The translations under genes and the position numbers were made by a program. From Chrysomallon squamiferum (taxonomy: Eukaryota; Animalia; Mollusca): DNA of 64,000 bases. The notes under the pieces were generated by a model, which saw nothing but the letters and a program-made list of their open reading frames with translations, was not told the origin of the DNA and did no database searches. Location: assembly GCA_012295275.1 (NCBI GenBank), contig CM022670.1:19096001-19160000 (forward strand), read 5' to 3'. Positions 13,764 to 26,449 of this stretch are shown here, in pieces. Positions within the stretch are counted from its first letter, which is position 1, and every line of letters begins with the position of its first letter.

Positions 13764-16700
13764 ATGGCTGCCAATAAGTGTTTCAAGAAGTTGATATCTT
13801 TTAAAGTATTTCCATCAAGCATGCACTGTCATTTAAGAGCAGACAAAATTTCAGGTCGCAGATCATACAGTCAACTCCTTAAAGGAAAAACTGTCAAAAT
13901 AGGTTGTGCATCAGGATTTTGGGGAGACACCGCAGTGGCAGGTGCTGAAATTAATAGACTAAAGTTCACAATTCGCTTAATTGTCTCCCCTTGTTTATTA
14001 CTCGCATCATTATTATTAATTTTGTGTGGGTGTTTGAGGGATAAAAGCTTAAAAAAAAAAAAAATTATCCAGAAATAGAAATGAAATGAATATTGAAACT
14101 ACTGTCATTTAAAGATGTATCAGGTTACAGTGATAATTATATTTTTAAAACTATTCTTTCAAATTAGAGCCAGTGTTTTTAATTTTAGTGAGAACAAATA
14201 TTTTAAGGTAATGATCTAAAAGAAAAAATATAACTGTATAGAGAAAAAACATTGTAATAAAAGTTTTCAATTATTTGATAGCCCACAAGTAATAATAAAA
14301 AGTAAACAATAAAGCAGTGCTCTGTTAGTTAATCAGTAAATTAATATATTAATTAGTAGTATTTTAAGTGTCTTTTCTAAGTGTTTATCATATCATTACT
14401 TCAAAATGTATTTATTTAACAATTGTCACCTGTTTGCTATTTTGTGATTCTTTAATGTTTTTAAAACACTAAAGCAGAATATTTTTATTTTACACAGTGA
14501 CATTAGTACAAATTTTACAGCAGAAAGTTATTTTAATGGATGTTTGCATCTAAATTAACCTGATAAGATTAATCTGTACTTTAGTCAAAAACAAAGTTGT
14601 ATTAATTTTTATCCTCTTGTGACAGTTTCTTCACTAAGAAAACTTTTTTCTAAAATTTAAATGACAAATGTTCTTTGGTTTTTTTTAAAATTATTATTCT
14701 TAGGTTATATACCAATTTTCAAACCATTTGTAAATACAATATATTAATTTCCAGTTTTATGAAGAAAAAAAATTCTGTGCTGAGAGTTTGTAAATAATTC
14801 CAGTCATTTTTAAATATTTCTTATTTTTAAAAAAAATATTTTTCTACTTACAAATTTATAAATGATCTGAATTTTTTTTCTTACAGCTCCTCAACTGATT
14901 TATGGAGCCAAGGTTGACTTTATTGTGTTTGATTATTTATCAGAAATTACAATGTCATTACTGACAGCAGCAAAAAGAAATTCACCTGTACGTATTTGTC
15001 AGTAATTGAATGTGAAAAATAATTTTTTAGTTTTGTTACTAAATAAATAATATAATTACAATATTTTTTTTTTTTTACAACTTTTAGTTGGATATCTTAA
15101 CTGTATGCTACTTTTATATTATCTTTTTAATAATTTATTTTATTTCAAATTCACAATTGAATTTTAATTATTTACAATTGTAAAAATAAAACAATTATTA
15201 AAAATTGCTTAATTACTGGCTAAAATTTAATATAATTTCATTTTATCTATAATTTTAAAAAGAAACTTAAATATCATGCAGCATGTATTATTTTAAATAT
15301 TTTTTTTTTGTAGGATTTATTAACATTATCTTTCTGTTTTAGGATATGGGTTATGCACCAGATTTTGTTCAGATTAGTATGGCTCCATTCATCAAAGACA
15401 TTAAGAAAAAAGGTGAAAAGAAACACTTTTTAAAGAAAAGTTTATTATTTAACATATAAAATTATAAAATATAAAAGTTGTATGTTTAAAGTCTTTAATT
15501 AGCAATTACTTAAACTCTATGGAGTTTGCAGATAAAAATAAGAAAGAAAGATCCATTAAATTTAATTTTAAAAGATATTTTTAATAAACATAGCATTTAT
15601 TATTTCTATAATGAATTTTTCAGCTTGAATTGTCTATATAATCTTTGGATTGTTTTTCACAGGCATTAAAATTGTTAGCAATGCTGGAGGTGTCAATCCT
15701 ACATCATGTGCAGCAGCCCTACAAAAAGTTTGTGAACAGGCAGATGTTGCACTCAACATTGCTGTTATTGATGGTGATGATCTAATGCCTAAAGTAATTT
15801 TTTAAATTATTTTTATCTTTTGATATAATTTTATTAATGCAAATTAACAAACAATATCAATATAAACAGTATTAAATAGTTATGATTTTTATATAATAAT
15901 CATAACAAGTTATTATTGATTTGAAAAAAATAGTTATTATTGAAAACTTTTTTTTGCAGTGGAAAGAAAATATTATTAATTTTGTAAGCCTATACATTTT
16001 TTTAAAAATATATTGTTACAAATTTTAAATTTTTTGTTGTTGTTAAAGGTAGCTGATCTTGAGAAGTTAGGAATAACTGAAATGGATTCTGGGATGCTTT
16101 TTCCCAAAACTGTTCACAGCATGAATGCATATATTGGGTATATTCTTCTTCTCCATTTATTTATTTTGTAAATTTTTATTATTATTATTATTATTTTTAA
16201 AACAGTCTGAAAATTGAAAATTTTTGGTTTCTTTTTGTATTTTTAAATTGTCTTTAATTTCAAAATATTGAATTTAATATATATTTTTAAATTTTGACCT
16301 TTTTTAATATTATTACTGTTTATTTTATTATTTATTTAAATATTTCAAATGAATAAAATACAGATTATTTAGAATTTAAGTTCAGATCTAAACAAAATGT
16401 ACTATATGTATTTACAGCATAGGTAAATAATTAAGTAAGACGCATATAGTTTTAGATGGCCTCAGATTTCCTTAAATGTGTAGTAAGAGAATATTTGTCT
16501 AATTCTAGAAGTGGCCCAATAGCCCGAGCACTGGACTGTGGGGCTGATATTGTAATCACAGGAAGATGCACAGATAGTTCATTAGTCCTTGGACCTCTTG
16601 TACATTCAGTGAGTTTTTATTTTCTGCCCTGTTATGTGAGAATTAATACTGGTCTCTAGTTATGGTTTCCCTGTTTATCCATCAGCAGAGTTGATTGTTT

Positions 16701-19700
16701 TCGTTTATTTTTATAATGAATAAATAACAACACCAGAAAAATCCTATGATTAACACAATATCTAAAATAACAGATTACAGATAAAAAGGGAAATTTTTCT
16801 TATGATCTGATGAAAATTGTTGTAGTCCCACAATCACAGATAAAAAATTAAACTTTTAAAATATCTGCTAATAAATTAACTGCTATTTTTTAAATACTAA
16901 ATTTATGTTTCAAAATTTATGACTATTATAAAGCTTTTTTTTAAATTTTTTCCAGTTTCGTTGGAGTATGAACCAGTTTGACTTACTGGCAGCTGGAAGG
17001 CATGTTTTTGAAAAATATGTTAATACACAATAAATAATTATGTTATTAACACATAAAATATTTCATGTGCTTTTAAGAATATCTTAGGAAGTAACTTTAT
17101 TACATTAAAGCTTTCTGTGAATTATTTGAAATACAATACAAATACAAATATATAATATAATATATTTGAAATATAAAAGACACAAAACATCAGTAAAGGT
17201 CCTGGAATTTAGTAACATTATTCGAGGAAATTCTGATGAATAAAAGAAAAAGGTATTCAAAAAGTTGTTTTTTTTAAATTTATTTGTGTGTTTAATTTTT
17301 AATATTTCTTTTAATAGTGAGAATTAAATTAGAAAATAAATTAAACTTTCATGATGTATATGTGATGATTTACAGCCTGGCAGGTCATTTAATTGAATGT
17401 GGAGCTCAAGTAACTGGTGGAATCTTTACTGACTGGCATATAGTGAAAGACTGGTAGGTTCTAAATATTGACACTTGTTAAGTCATTATATTTTTATATA
17501 TATTTATGAATCATAAATGCTTGTGAATTTGTTATAGTATTGATATTTTTCATTAAAACCAAAAACTGTTTTCTGATAAGTAACAGAAATAAACTTTTAG
17601 ACATATTTATGCTGTTCATTCATATTTTAATTTTAATATTTATAAATTAATAAAAGATAATCCTGAAGATTAGATTCAGGTTTGATATTTTCTTCATTTA
17701 GGGACAACATTGGTTTTCCAGTAGTTGAAGTTGGAGAAGATGGCCATTTTGTTATAACCAAACCAAATCATACTGGAGGGCTTGTTTCCAAGGCAACAGT
17801 TTCTGAACAACTTCTGTATGAGATCGCAGATCCTTCTACCTATTTTTTGCCTGATGTAGTTTGTGATTTTACTAATGTGACTTTGAATGAAGTAGCAGAG
17901 AATATGGTTGAAGTAACTGGTGCAAGAGGGAACCCTCCATCAGGAGAGTATAAGGTTAGTTACGGTACATGGAGGATTTATATATTAATTACTTAATTAA
18001 TTAATTAATTTATTTATTTATTGTTTTGTTTTGATATATTAGTGTTCAAAAAAGTAACCACTTAATCCATATACTTGGTAAAAATTATACATCTGCCAAT
18101 GTAATATTTTCAGTGCTAAAGTTCAGTACTAGAGTGGTTGGTATATTATATTCTGTTTTTTATTCAGTAAAAAACCAATATGTTTTTTCACAATATCTAA
18201 AATAAATGACATTTGATAATACAAGGTGTGATAAAAACAGAAATGAGAATTATTTTTGACAGATCATTTCAAGGTTGATCAGCACACATGCTTTTTGGTA
18301 TCTATTAAATATTGCTTATTTGGTGTGGATACTAAACGAACAGAATCAGAAATTATTTAATATTGTATTTAAAAATAATTCTCATTTTCTTTTTGGTACA
18401 TCTTGAATGTAGTGTTTAAAAGTCACAATTTGAATTTGTTTTATTTAGGTTTAATTTTCAGGTGAGTGCTACCTATGCTGATGGTTATCGATCCACAGTT
18501 GTTGTACCCGTTGGAGGTCCAAGAGCTTCAGAGAAGGTAAAAAAGTCAGCAGAAGCAATCATCAAAAGGTAATTTCCAAAACAGACGTTCTCTCTTTGTG
18601 ATAAATACAGTAGAATTATACTGTGAAGATTTGTAATAACATTATTCTTATACTGTAAGTTGAATCAGAAATGAAAGGATTAGAAAATACCCTTTAAGTC
18701 ATAAGAACTTGACAAATCTGTATCTACTAAATGTGTTAGGAATTAAGTTTAAGTAAGAGGCAGTTAATGTATTTAACATTATCATAGCCTTGTTACACAG
18801 ATTATTGATGTTGAGATAAATGTAAAATATGCACATACAAGGTTTCTAAATTGATTTATTTTAATGTTAAGAACATAGCTATATGATATTGGTATCATAA
18901 AAAGAACTTACAAAATTTGTATAGGCTGGAAGAGAAAAATTGCTAGAAATGAGGCTCCAGTAGATGGAGTATTTGCCAACTGACTTTTTCATTTGAAAAT
19001 CCTTGTTGTAGTTCATTAATTTTGTTAATTTGCAAAAATAACTCATAAAGATTAAACACTGTGTATTTTACAAATATAGTGCTGAGAGTCCAAGATGATT
19101 AACTCAATATATTTGTTGTTTAATTAGATATAAAGAGGACAAGCTACTGTAAAAAACATAATGTTTTTCATTGTAGATGTCAAAGAATATTCCACCAGTT
19201 ACATCTTGATGATTTTGATGAGGTTACAATGGAAATTCTAGGTAATGAAAGTATGTATGGACCCCAGGCAAACATTTCACAGGTATGTAATTAATTAAAA
19301 AGCTATATATTATAATGGGTAGTAAATTAGGCTCATTAGCCAAGCCATGATAATGAAAAATAGTGTTAAAGAGATTTGGGGGATTTTTAAAAAGAAATAC
19401 TCTGGAAAGCCACATAAGTTAATGTTATTCTTGATTGAAATACATTTTAAATCATCGGGGTCACTAATTCACATAAGACAATAAATTTAGATTTTAATTT
19501 TTTTTTAAATTGTTCTGCACTGAAAGACATCATTGTACTACCTGATATTTTTTATAGTCTTGATGTTAACATCAGCTTTTCAAATAGTGCTTTAGAAACA
19601 TTTAAATATACTTATTCTGAGATATAATGGAACAAGCTCAATGGACAGATACAATAGAGTGTATTATCAACCTTCTTTGGTACACTTATTATTCAAATTC

Positions 19701-22700
19701 ACATTCTGGCCAGTATCTCATGATTAATTTTTCTTGCAGAATATAAAAGATATCTTCTGTTAATAAAATAACTATGCAGTCTCTGCAAGTTTCCTCTTTC
19801 ATATCATCATACCAAAATTTTTGTTCACAGAAATATTTGTTAAAAATCTTTTTAACAATTCTTTCATATTACAGGATGTTAACGAAGTTGTGCTGTGGCT
19901 CACTGTTCATCATAAAAAAAGGAAAGCTCTTTGGATAGATTATGACAGATATTATAGACTTTTACAATCGGCCTTCTTTAGCACACTCACCAGACTAATT
20001 CTTATTCCTGCTGGAGCCTCATAACTGATTTTCTTATTACAGGATGTTAGAGAAGTTGTATTGTGGCTTGCAGTTCATCACAAACAGAGGAAAGCTCTTG
20101 AATTTTTTTCCAGGGAAATTGCACCTGCTGGTACAGGAATGGGTAAGGATGATAATAAAATTACTATTCATTTATTAACACATCCCTAAAAACTGTTAAA
20201 AACATCCCTAAAAGGTGTTGTTGAACATATTCATTCCTTCTATTTCTTTTTTAATTTAATTTTTTTTTTTTTTTTTTTTTTTTTACTGAATAGTATAATT
20301 TAATATTTATCAAAATATAAAATTCATGCATTTTATTATCAGTACCTATATTTTTTAATTTTTTTTTTAGCTCCAGGAATGTGTAATATAGTTGGAGGAA
20401 GACCTAAAGTGTATGTAGCTTTTGGTTTTTATAAATATTTTAATCTGATTAACATTGATAGAATTTTTTTTACTTTTATTTATTTGCAGTTTTGTTATTA
20501 TTATTATATTTATTTTGTCAAATGCACTGTTTTAAAACAGAGGTAGTCTGTCAGTTGCATAGGTAGAGTTAACATTTTTGATGGTGATTTTGGGGATTTC
20601 CTTCTTTTTTGGTTAATATGTTTAAAAAAAAATTGGTTCAACATGTTAGAACACATTAAATTCCTTGGCCAGTGTTAGGGCCATTGCGCACCAGACGTGA
20701 GTGTTTTAACACTGTGATTTTCACTGTGCTGGCAGTGAGTCAGTGCTTGCATACTGAATATGGTTTTTTAAATTTTTACAGGCAATTTCACAAATGTATT
20801 CTCAAACGTTTCCCTTTAATGTTATTCCCAGTAAAATAAGGCGTAACAAATATGAATATTAATAGATTTTGACAGCAGTGGGCTGTTTTAATATTTGTAG
20901 AATAGTGATAATTTAATTTATAATAATCATACTTTCTGAAGACAGTGTATAACTTCATAATATTTTCCTGTTCCACATGCTCTCTGTAGGCTGTAGGGAT
21001 TTGGTATGTAGTATTTCATGTTTTTATATATGAATAATAATGCCTTTCTTTAAAGGGAAATCACCTCACTTTTCAATGTGTGTGACATCAAATTTTATAT
21101 ATATCATGCAATTTTGCCACTGATAATGCAAACATAGGATCACTTTTTGTTTTCAAAAATTGTGTTTACTATATCTGGTGAAAATAGTTGCAAGGACCCT
21201 GTATATTTTAAGTTACACATATTTATTTTTGAGATAATTACATCTTACAATATAATCTGTTACAAGTAGTTGTGATTATTATCAAGTTACTCGTTTCCTT
21301 TCAGTTTATTCATTAAATATATTTTGTTTGTCATATTATTTTGTTTTTAATTATTGACAGGAATGTTCATACCATGATTTTTATTTTGATGTTAATTTTT
21401 ATTGTTTTAATTTTTTTATTCCAGGTCGACTGTACTGAAACTGTTTTCTTTTCTGTATCCAAAAAATAATTTAAATGCAAGTTTTATTTTTATGTTTTAC
21501 GATGGTTTACCCAAAAATCTTTGGATAATAATGTTTTTACTTTTTTTCATAGTTATTTCCTGACATAATTGTTTGTTTCTTTGTTTTTTGGGTCAGTATA
21601 AAAAATATTAAATACAAAGATATTAATAAGTTCTGACAAATATACTTTTGTTTTTACTTATTTATTAAGTTGTTAATGGAGGAACCTACAACGAGATTAA
21701 TATTTACCAAGATTAAAGATAATTTTTAATTTTTAAAAATAAATACACTGGGAATAAAAACAATAACAACAACATAAATAATTAATTAAAATTTCTCAGA
21801 TTAATTAGTAGTCTGTATGAAACCAGTTGAAGAGCTGAGAATTGAATATAGTAATTATTTATAATGTTTGTCATCTTCCTTTATATCAGATTAATATTAG
21901 TATGAATGGTCAACTTGTGGAACAGTATGTTCCACCTGAAGTTCCAACCAAGGAGTACACCAAACAAGCTTATCCTCCCCCATCCTCTGAAGAAGGTTCT
22001 ACAGAAAGTCTTTCATTTGGTTCATTTTCTTACCGCCTCGAAGAACTGGCTTACACCAGGAGTGGTGACAAGGGAAATAACAGCAATATTGGTAAATATC
22101 ATTTGAAATATTCAAAACTGCTTCTTGTTTTTCCTTTTCTTTTTTATTCTTTTTTAATTTTTAATTTTATTTTGTGTAGGTATTTTGATGTTGGACTTAT
22201 TTGAGCTCTTTAAAAATGTTTGTTTCTTTTTAAATTAATTAAAATTAATTTGCTTTTTTCTTCATAAACATCATTTGGTTAAATAAACAGGTGTGATAGC
22301 TCGTCATCCCTCATACTTGCCATATCTAAGACAGGCACTGACAGCTGAAAGAGTTGAGGAATACTTTGGCCATTTGTTTACTGACCGCACAGGCCCATTA
22401 TCCAAACGCATCAGAAGGTTTGTTGTTGTAAAATTTCTGAAGATAACCCTAGTTTACTAATAACAAAAGCATATATTACAAGCATACTCATAAAAATTAG
22501 CAGTTAATGTCATTAATGCAAATGTATTTTGTGTCAGTAGTCCTAAATAAAGATACGTAAGGATCATTTTACACTGAATTAGATCATAGATTTTACAATA
22601 TTTTTCTCAAACTGAAAAAATAATCTTTTATGCATTTACAATTAATTTTTTACTGAATATTGGATTGATGTATTTTAGCATTTGCTAAAAAAAAATCATT

Positions 22701-23169
22701 GAAGTCTTGTAATATTTCCTATTTTATTGATTTAAGATTTGATGTACCAGGAATTCATGGCATGAACTTTGTTTTGTTCAATGCTCTTGGTGGAGGTGGA
22801 ATTGCTTCTCTTAGAGTTGATCCGCAGGTTTATAAATGTTTTTACAGTTTTGATTTAAAATAATAATAATAATAATAATTTAAAATAATAATAAAATTTG
22901 ATATTTAGAACAAAGAACTTTTTATTTATATTATATTATACTGGGAAATGAAAACTGCTAAATTATTATTTAACAATATAAGCAATTCAGTGGTAAGTCA
23001 AGATTATCTCCATTATTTTGTAGCCATTTAAGCAATTACCAATATAAATGTACTTTTAAATTATTTTTATAATTATTTGCAGGGAAAAGCTTTGGGACAA
23101 ATGCTGCTAGATTTTGTAATTGATGATATTCCAGATCTCAAGTCATTAGCAGCTAGAACTGAAATTTAA
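13764..23169 (+). CDS. AtuA / DUF1446 (acyclic terpene utilisation) family protein, about 651 aa, with predicted mitochondrial presequence
   Basis: 18 phase-consistent exons: 13764-13941, 14887-14987, 15343-15412, 15663-15793, 16049-16137, 16509-16608, 16956-16999, 17376-17453, 17702-17954, 18462-18568, 19177-19282, 20043-20142, 20371-20410, 21425-21476, 21890-22091, 22291-22417, 22737-22827, 23083-23169 (1956 nt). Family motifs: [81 protein letters not shown]. Confidence 0.93.
19862..19931 (+). pseudogene. Partial tandem duplicate of AtuA-like exon 12 including its splice acceptor
   Basis: tattacag|[25 protein letters not shown] against the true exon at 20043, tattacag|[19 protein letters not shown]. 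Runs into TAA at 20022-20024. Confidence 0.85.
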
Positions 23170-26100
23170 ATATATTTCTGTGTATTTGTTCAACTCGGGG
23201 AACCTTAAATTCCCCTGTATTATTCAGAGCATATGTGAAATTATGATCGTTGTTGAACATCTTTTAAGAATGTAATGGCAACAGAGTTTGGTTTTTTGGT
23301 TTTTCGGTTTTTCAATTAACTATATGCATGTCCTGTCTGATAGAAATTGATTATAATTCTTTGATTATTTTAAACTGGTGTACATTCTGTTTCTTCAGAG
23401 AAATGAATACTGGTATATAACAAATGTCTTAACATTATTATCTAAAATTATCTGAAATGTATTTGGTTTGATGTAGAATTTTGGAACCTGTTTTTCTTTA
23501 TTTTGTGAATAAATGTATGTGTTCAGTGAACTTCTAATGCAACTATATATATGCTGATTATCACGCAAAAAAACAATATCAGGAAGGTTTTGTATTAGCT
23601 TGCATTTTATTTTTATCATCATTAGTTTCCACAGTTAAGCAGTGACTTGAATTGTTAAATTTGCTTACATATAAACAAAAGTGTAACAGAATTTAAGTGA
23701 CATGACAAAAACATGGAAGTTTTTACTGAAAAATGATAAAATGGATGCTGTTTGTTTTAATTTACACAATTTCACATTCTTTTTTAAAAACATACTTCTA
23801 TGAATTTATATATACATACATATATAAGCACACATACAAATACTCAATCCATTATTATTTGAACCATTTTCACTTTATATTCATTTTCCTTTTTCTGGTT
23901 ACTGCTGTTTCAATTGATTTTTATGAGAAGAAATAGGTCATTAATTTTTTTTTACTCATTTTATAATTGTTATTTAGCATATATATTACTAGTCAAGTTG
24001 CTTTGTGTGCGTAAGATAAATACCTTCATTTATTTAAATATTGTTATTGTAATAAAAGACTGTTTTGATATACCCAGTTGTTTGTATCAGGAAGATACAT
24101 GTGACATTTCAGTCAATGTTTTCATAAAAATAGTTAAAAAACGCAACATGTTTTATTATATCTTTACATAAAAGTTGTTACTGAAAGTGCTGTGAACACC
24201 ATTTTTTGTTGGTACTTTTTTATTTTAAATTGTAAATGTTAGACGAGGTTTTTATTATTATTATTATTTTTTGTTGTTCTTCTTTTATTTTCTTTAGCAT
24301 TTAAGAGTTAATAAGAATGGATATTGAATCAGACATATAGTTTTACTTGCCATTATGTTTATTTAATTAAATGACAATTCATAATTTTTATAAAATGCAG
24401 ATATTAACTTGCTAACTAGATTAATACTGATTTTGAGAATATATTTTTATTCTTTTGGTGGTATAATTTTTTTTCAAAAGTAATAACAAAAATTTTTCTG
24501 TTAACAATAAATTATTTTATATGGCACAGGTGCCATTAACTAGATATTGTTAGTTCCATGTTTTTTTAACCTGTTGTTAAATGTTAACCTCTTTTGATTT
24601 TTTTTCCCCCTTGTTAAAAATGATTCATCACACAACTATAATTCTTAAAAGTATGTATGTTTTCAAATTGGTGACTAGAAGAAGACACTGCTGCTTTTAA
24701 ACAGTCCTCTTATATTAAATGTTAAACTGAAAAGAGAATTTAGATATTTTGTTTACTGTTTTTGAATTATACTTTATAAATACATTTTACAAAACTTTTT
24801 CTTTATTATAGTGTAAAAATATAATTACTAAATATCTCCGATTTTGGGTGTTTGTTCTTTTAGATGACATTTATTTATGTGTTTGTATTTTGTATTTAGA
24901 TTTGTTTTGGGAATAGGCAGAATTTTAAAATGGATGAATGATAAACATTAATGTATATTTTTAATGTCAGATATTAGCATTTTACATTAAATATATTGAC
25001 AGTGTCATGTATTTTTTGTTTTACTGTAACAACAAATTTGATTTCAAATGTAGATGCATAAAAATTAATGGGAAAAAAAATTCATACAGTACTCTATTTT
25101 AATCCCCTTTTTCTCAAAAAGGCAGATGTGGGCATTGGATAAAATGAATTATATTTCAAAATCATCCTACTTTCAAAGAAGTAGAAGGAATGTGATATCA
25201 TTGTTAAAACATTTTTTTAATCATGAAGATCCTTAAATTGTTTTTGTTACAATGAAATTGATGTCCACAAAATTGATAGTTGGATACCTACTTATCTGGT
25301 CTTCTTTGTTTTATTAAGATTATCCAGTACCGACTTTAAACTGGATGTTTTTATGGAACACAAATTTATTTTTCTTGGTTTTCTTCTTTTTATGTAGGGG
25401 TTTGTTGGTGGGGTTTTGGCTTGTTTTTTTTGTTTTGTTTTTCATGTAATCTTCAGTGCCAGATACTAACTTTACAGTTTTGAGTTGATATTTAGTTTAT
25501 CATTTTAAATATAATAAATGTATATATTGACATTTGTTGCATTAAGGTTGAAACAGCACATTTTGATAAATTTGTACTGAATCGTAGAATACATTCAATG
25601 ATGTGAATATCTTACATTAAAATGAAATACAAAACACATGGTTTTGTTGTTTTTTTAATTTGCATTTTGTAATTATGTTACCAGTTTTAAATGAAACAAA
25701 TTTAACATTGATGGGGTTGGGGAGTGGGAGAGGGATTTTTTCCTCCCCCAACCAGGTCCATTTTTAATTGTGAAATGAAATATATTATTTGTGCACATAA
25801 GAGCGCACAGTTAAAAAGGTTATTATCTTTCTACAATACACTTTAAAGGTAAATGAAAGTAACACAGAAATAAAGTGAAAACACTGGCTCATAAATTTCA
25901 AAATAAATTGATATACAACTTTGAACGTGCAAATGTAAATGTACCTAATACATTTTGTGTATTTATATTTCTGATAACCGTCTAGTTTTCTTAATATAAC
26001 AAATCATAATGATATGTGAAGACTATATTTTATTGTATATGATGTTTCATACAAATAAAAAAAGATTTTTTTTTTTAAATTAGTAAAAGTCCAAAAATAT

Positions 26101-26449
26101 TAATGCAGTCATATCTTAAAAGCAATTTTTCAGAGAGTGATTATTATCGTTATTTATAACTTCAAAGGATAGTAATTGGACACCTCTTGAAACTATACAA
26201 AATGTATTTATTTTGTTTGCCAACATCAAGCAATATCTGGTCTTGGCTAATAAACAACACATCAAGACTTGGTTTTATAAATATTTATGGATAATGACAC
26301 TAATAACAATTACTACATATGTTTCTGCAGATAAATGTGAATGACAAAATCCAACAAATAATGAAATATACAGTCATTTTCATCATCTTTTGAAGTTGTA
26401 ACATGATGATGCAAGTAATGTCTATAATCAGCCATTTGTCATTTGGTTT

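Noticed and set aside
13764-23169. Recent horizontal transfer or bacterial contamination for the AtuA-like gene
   Set aside because: 17 spliceosomal introns, host-like composition and a targeting peptide
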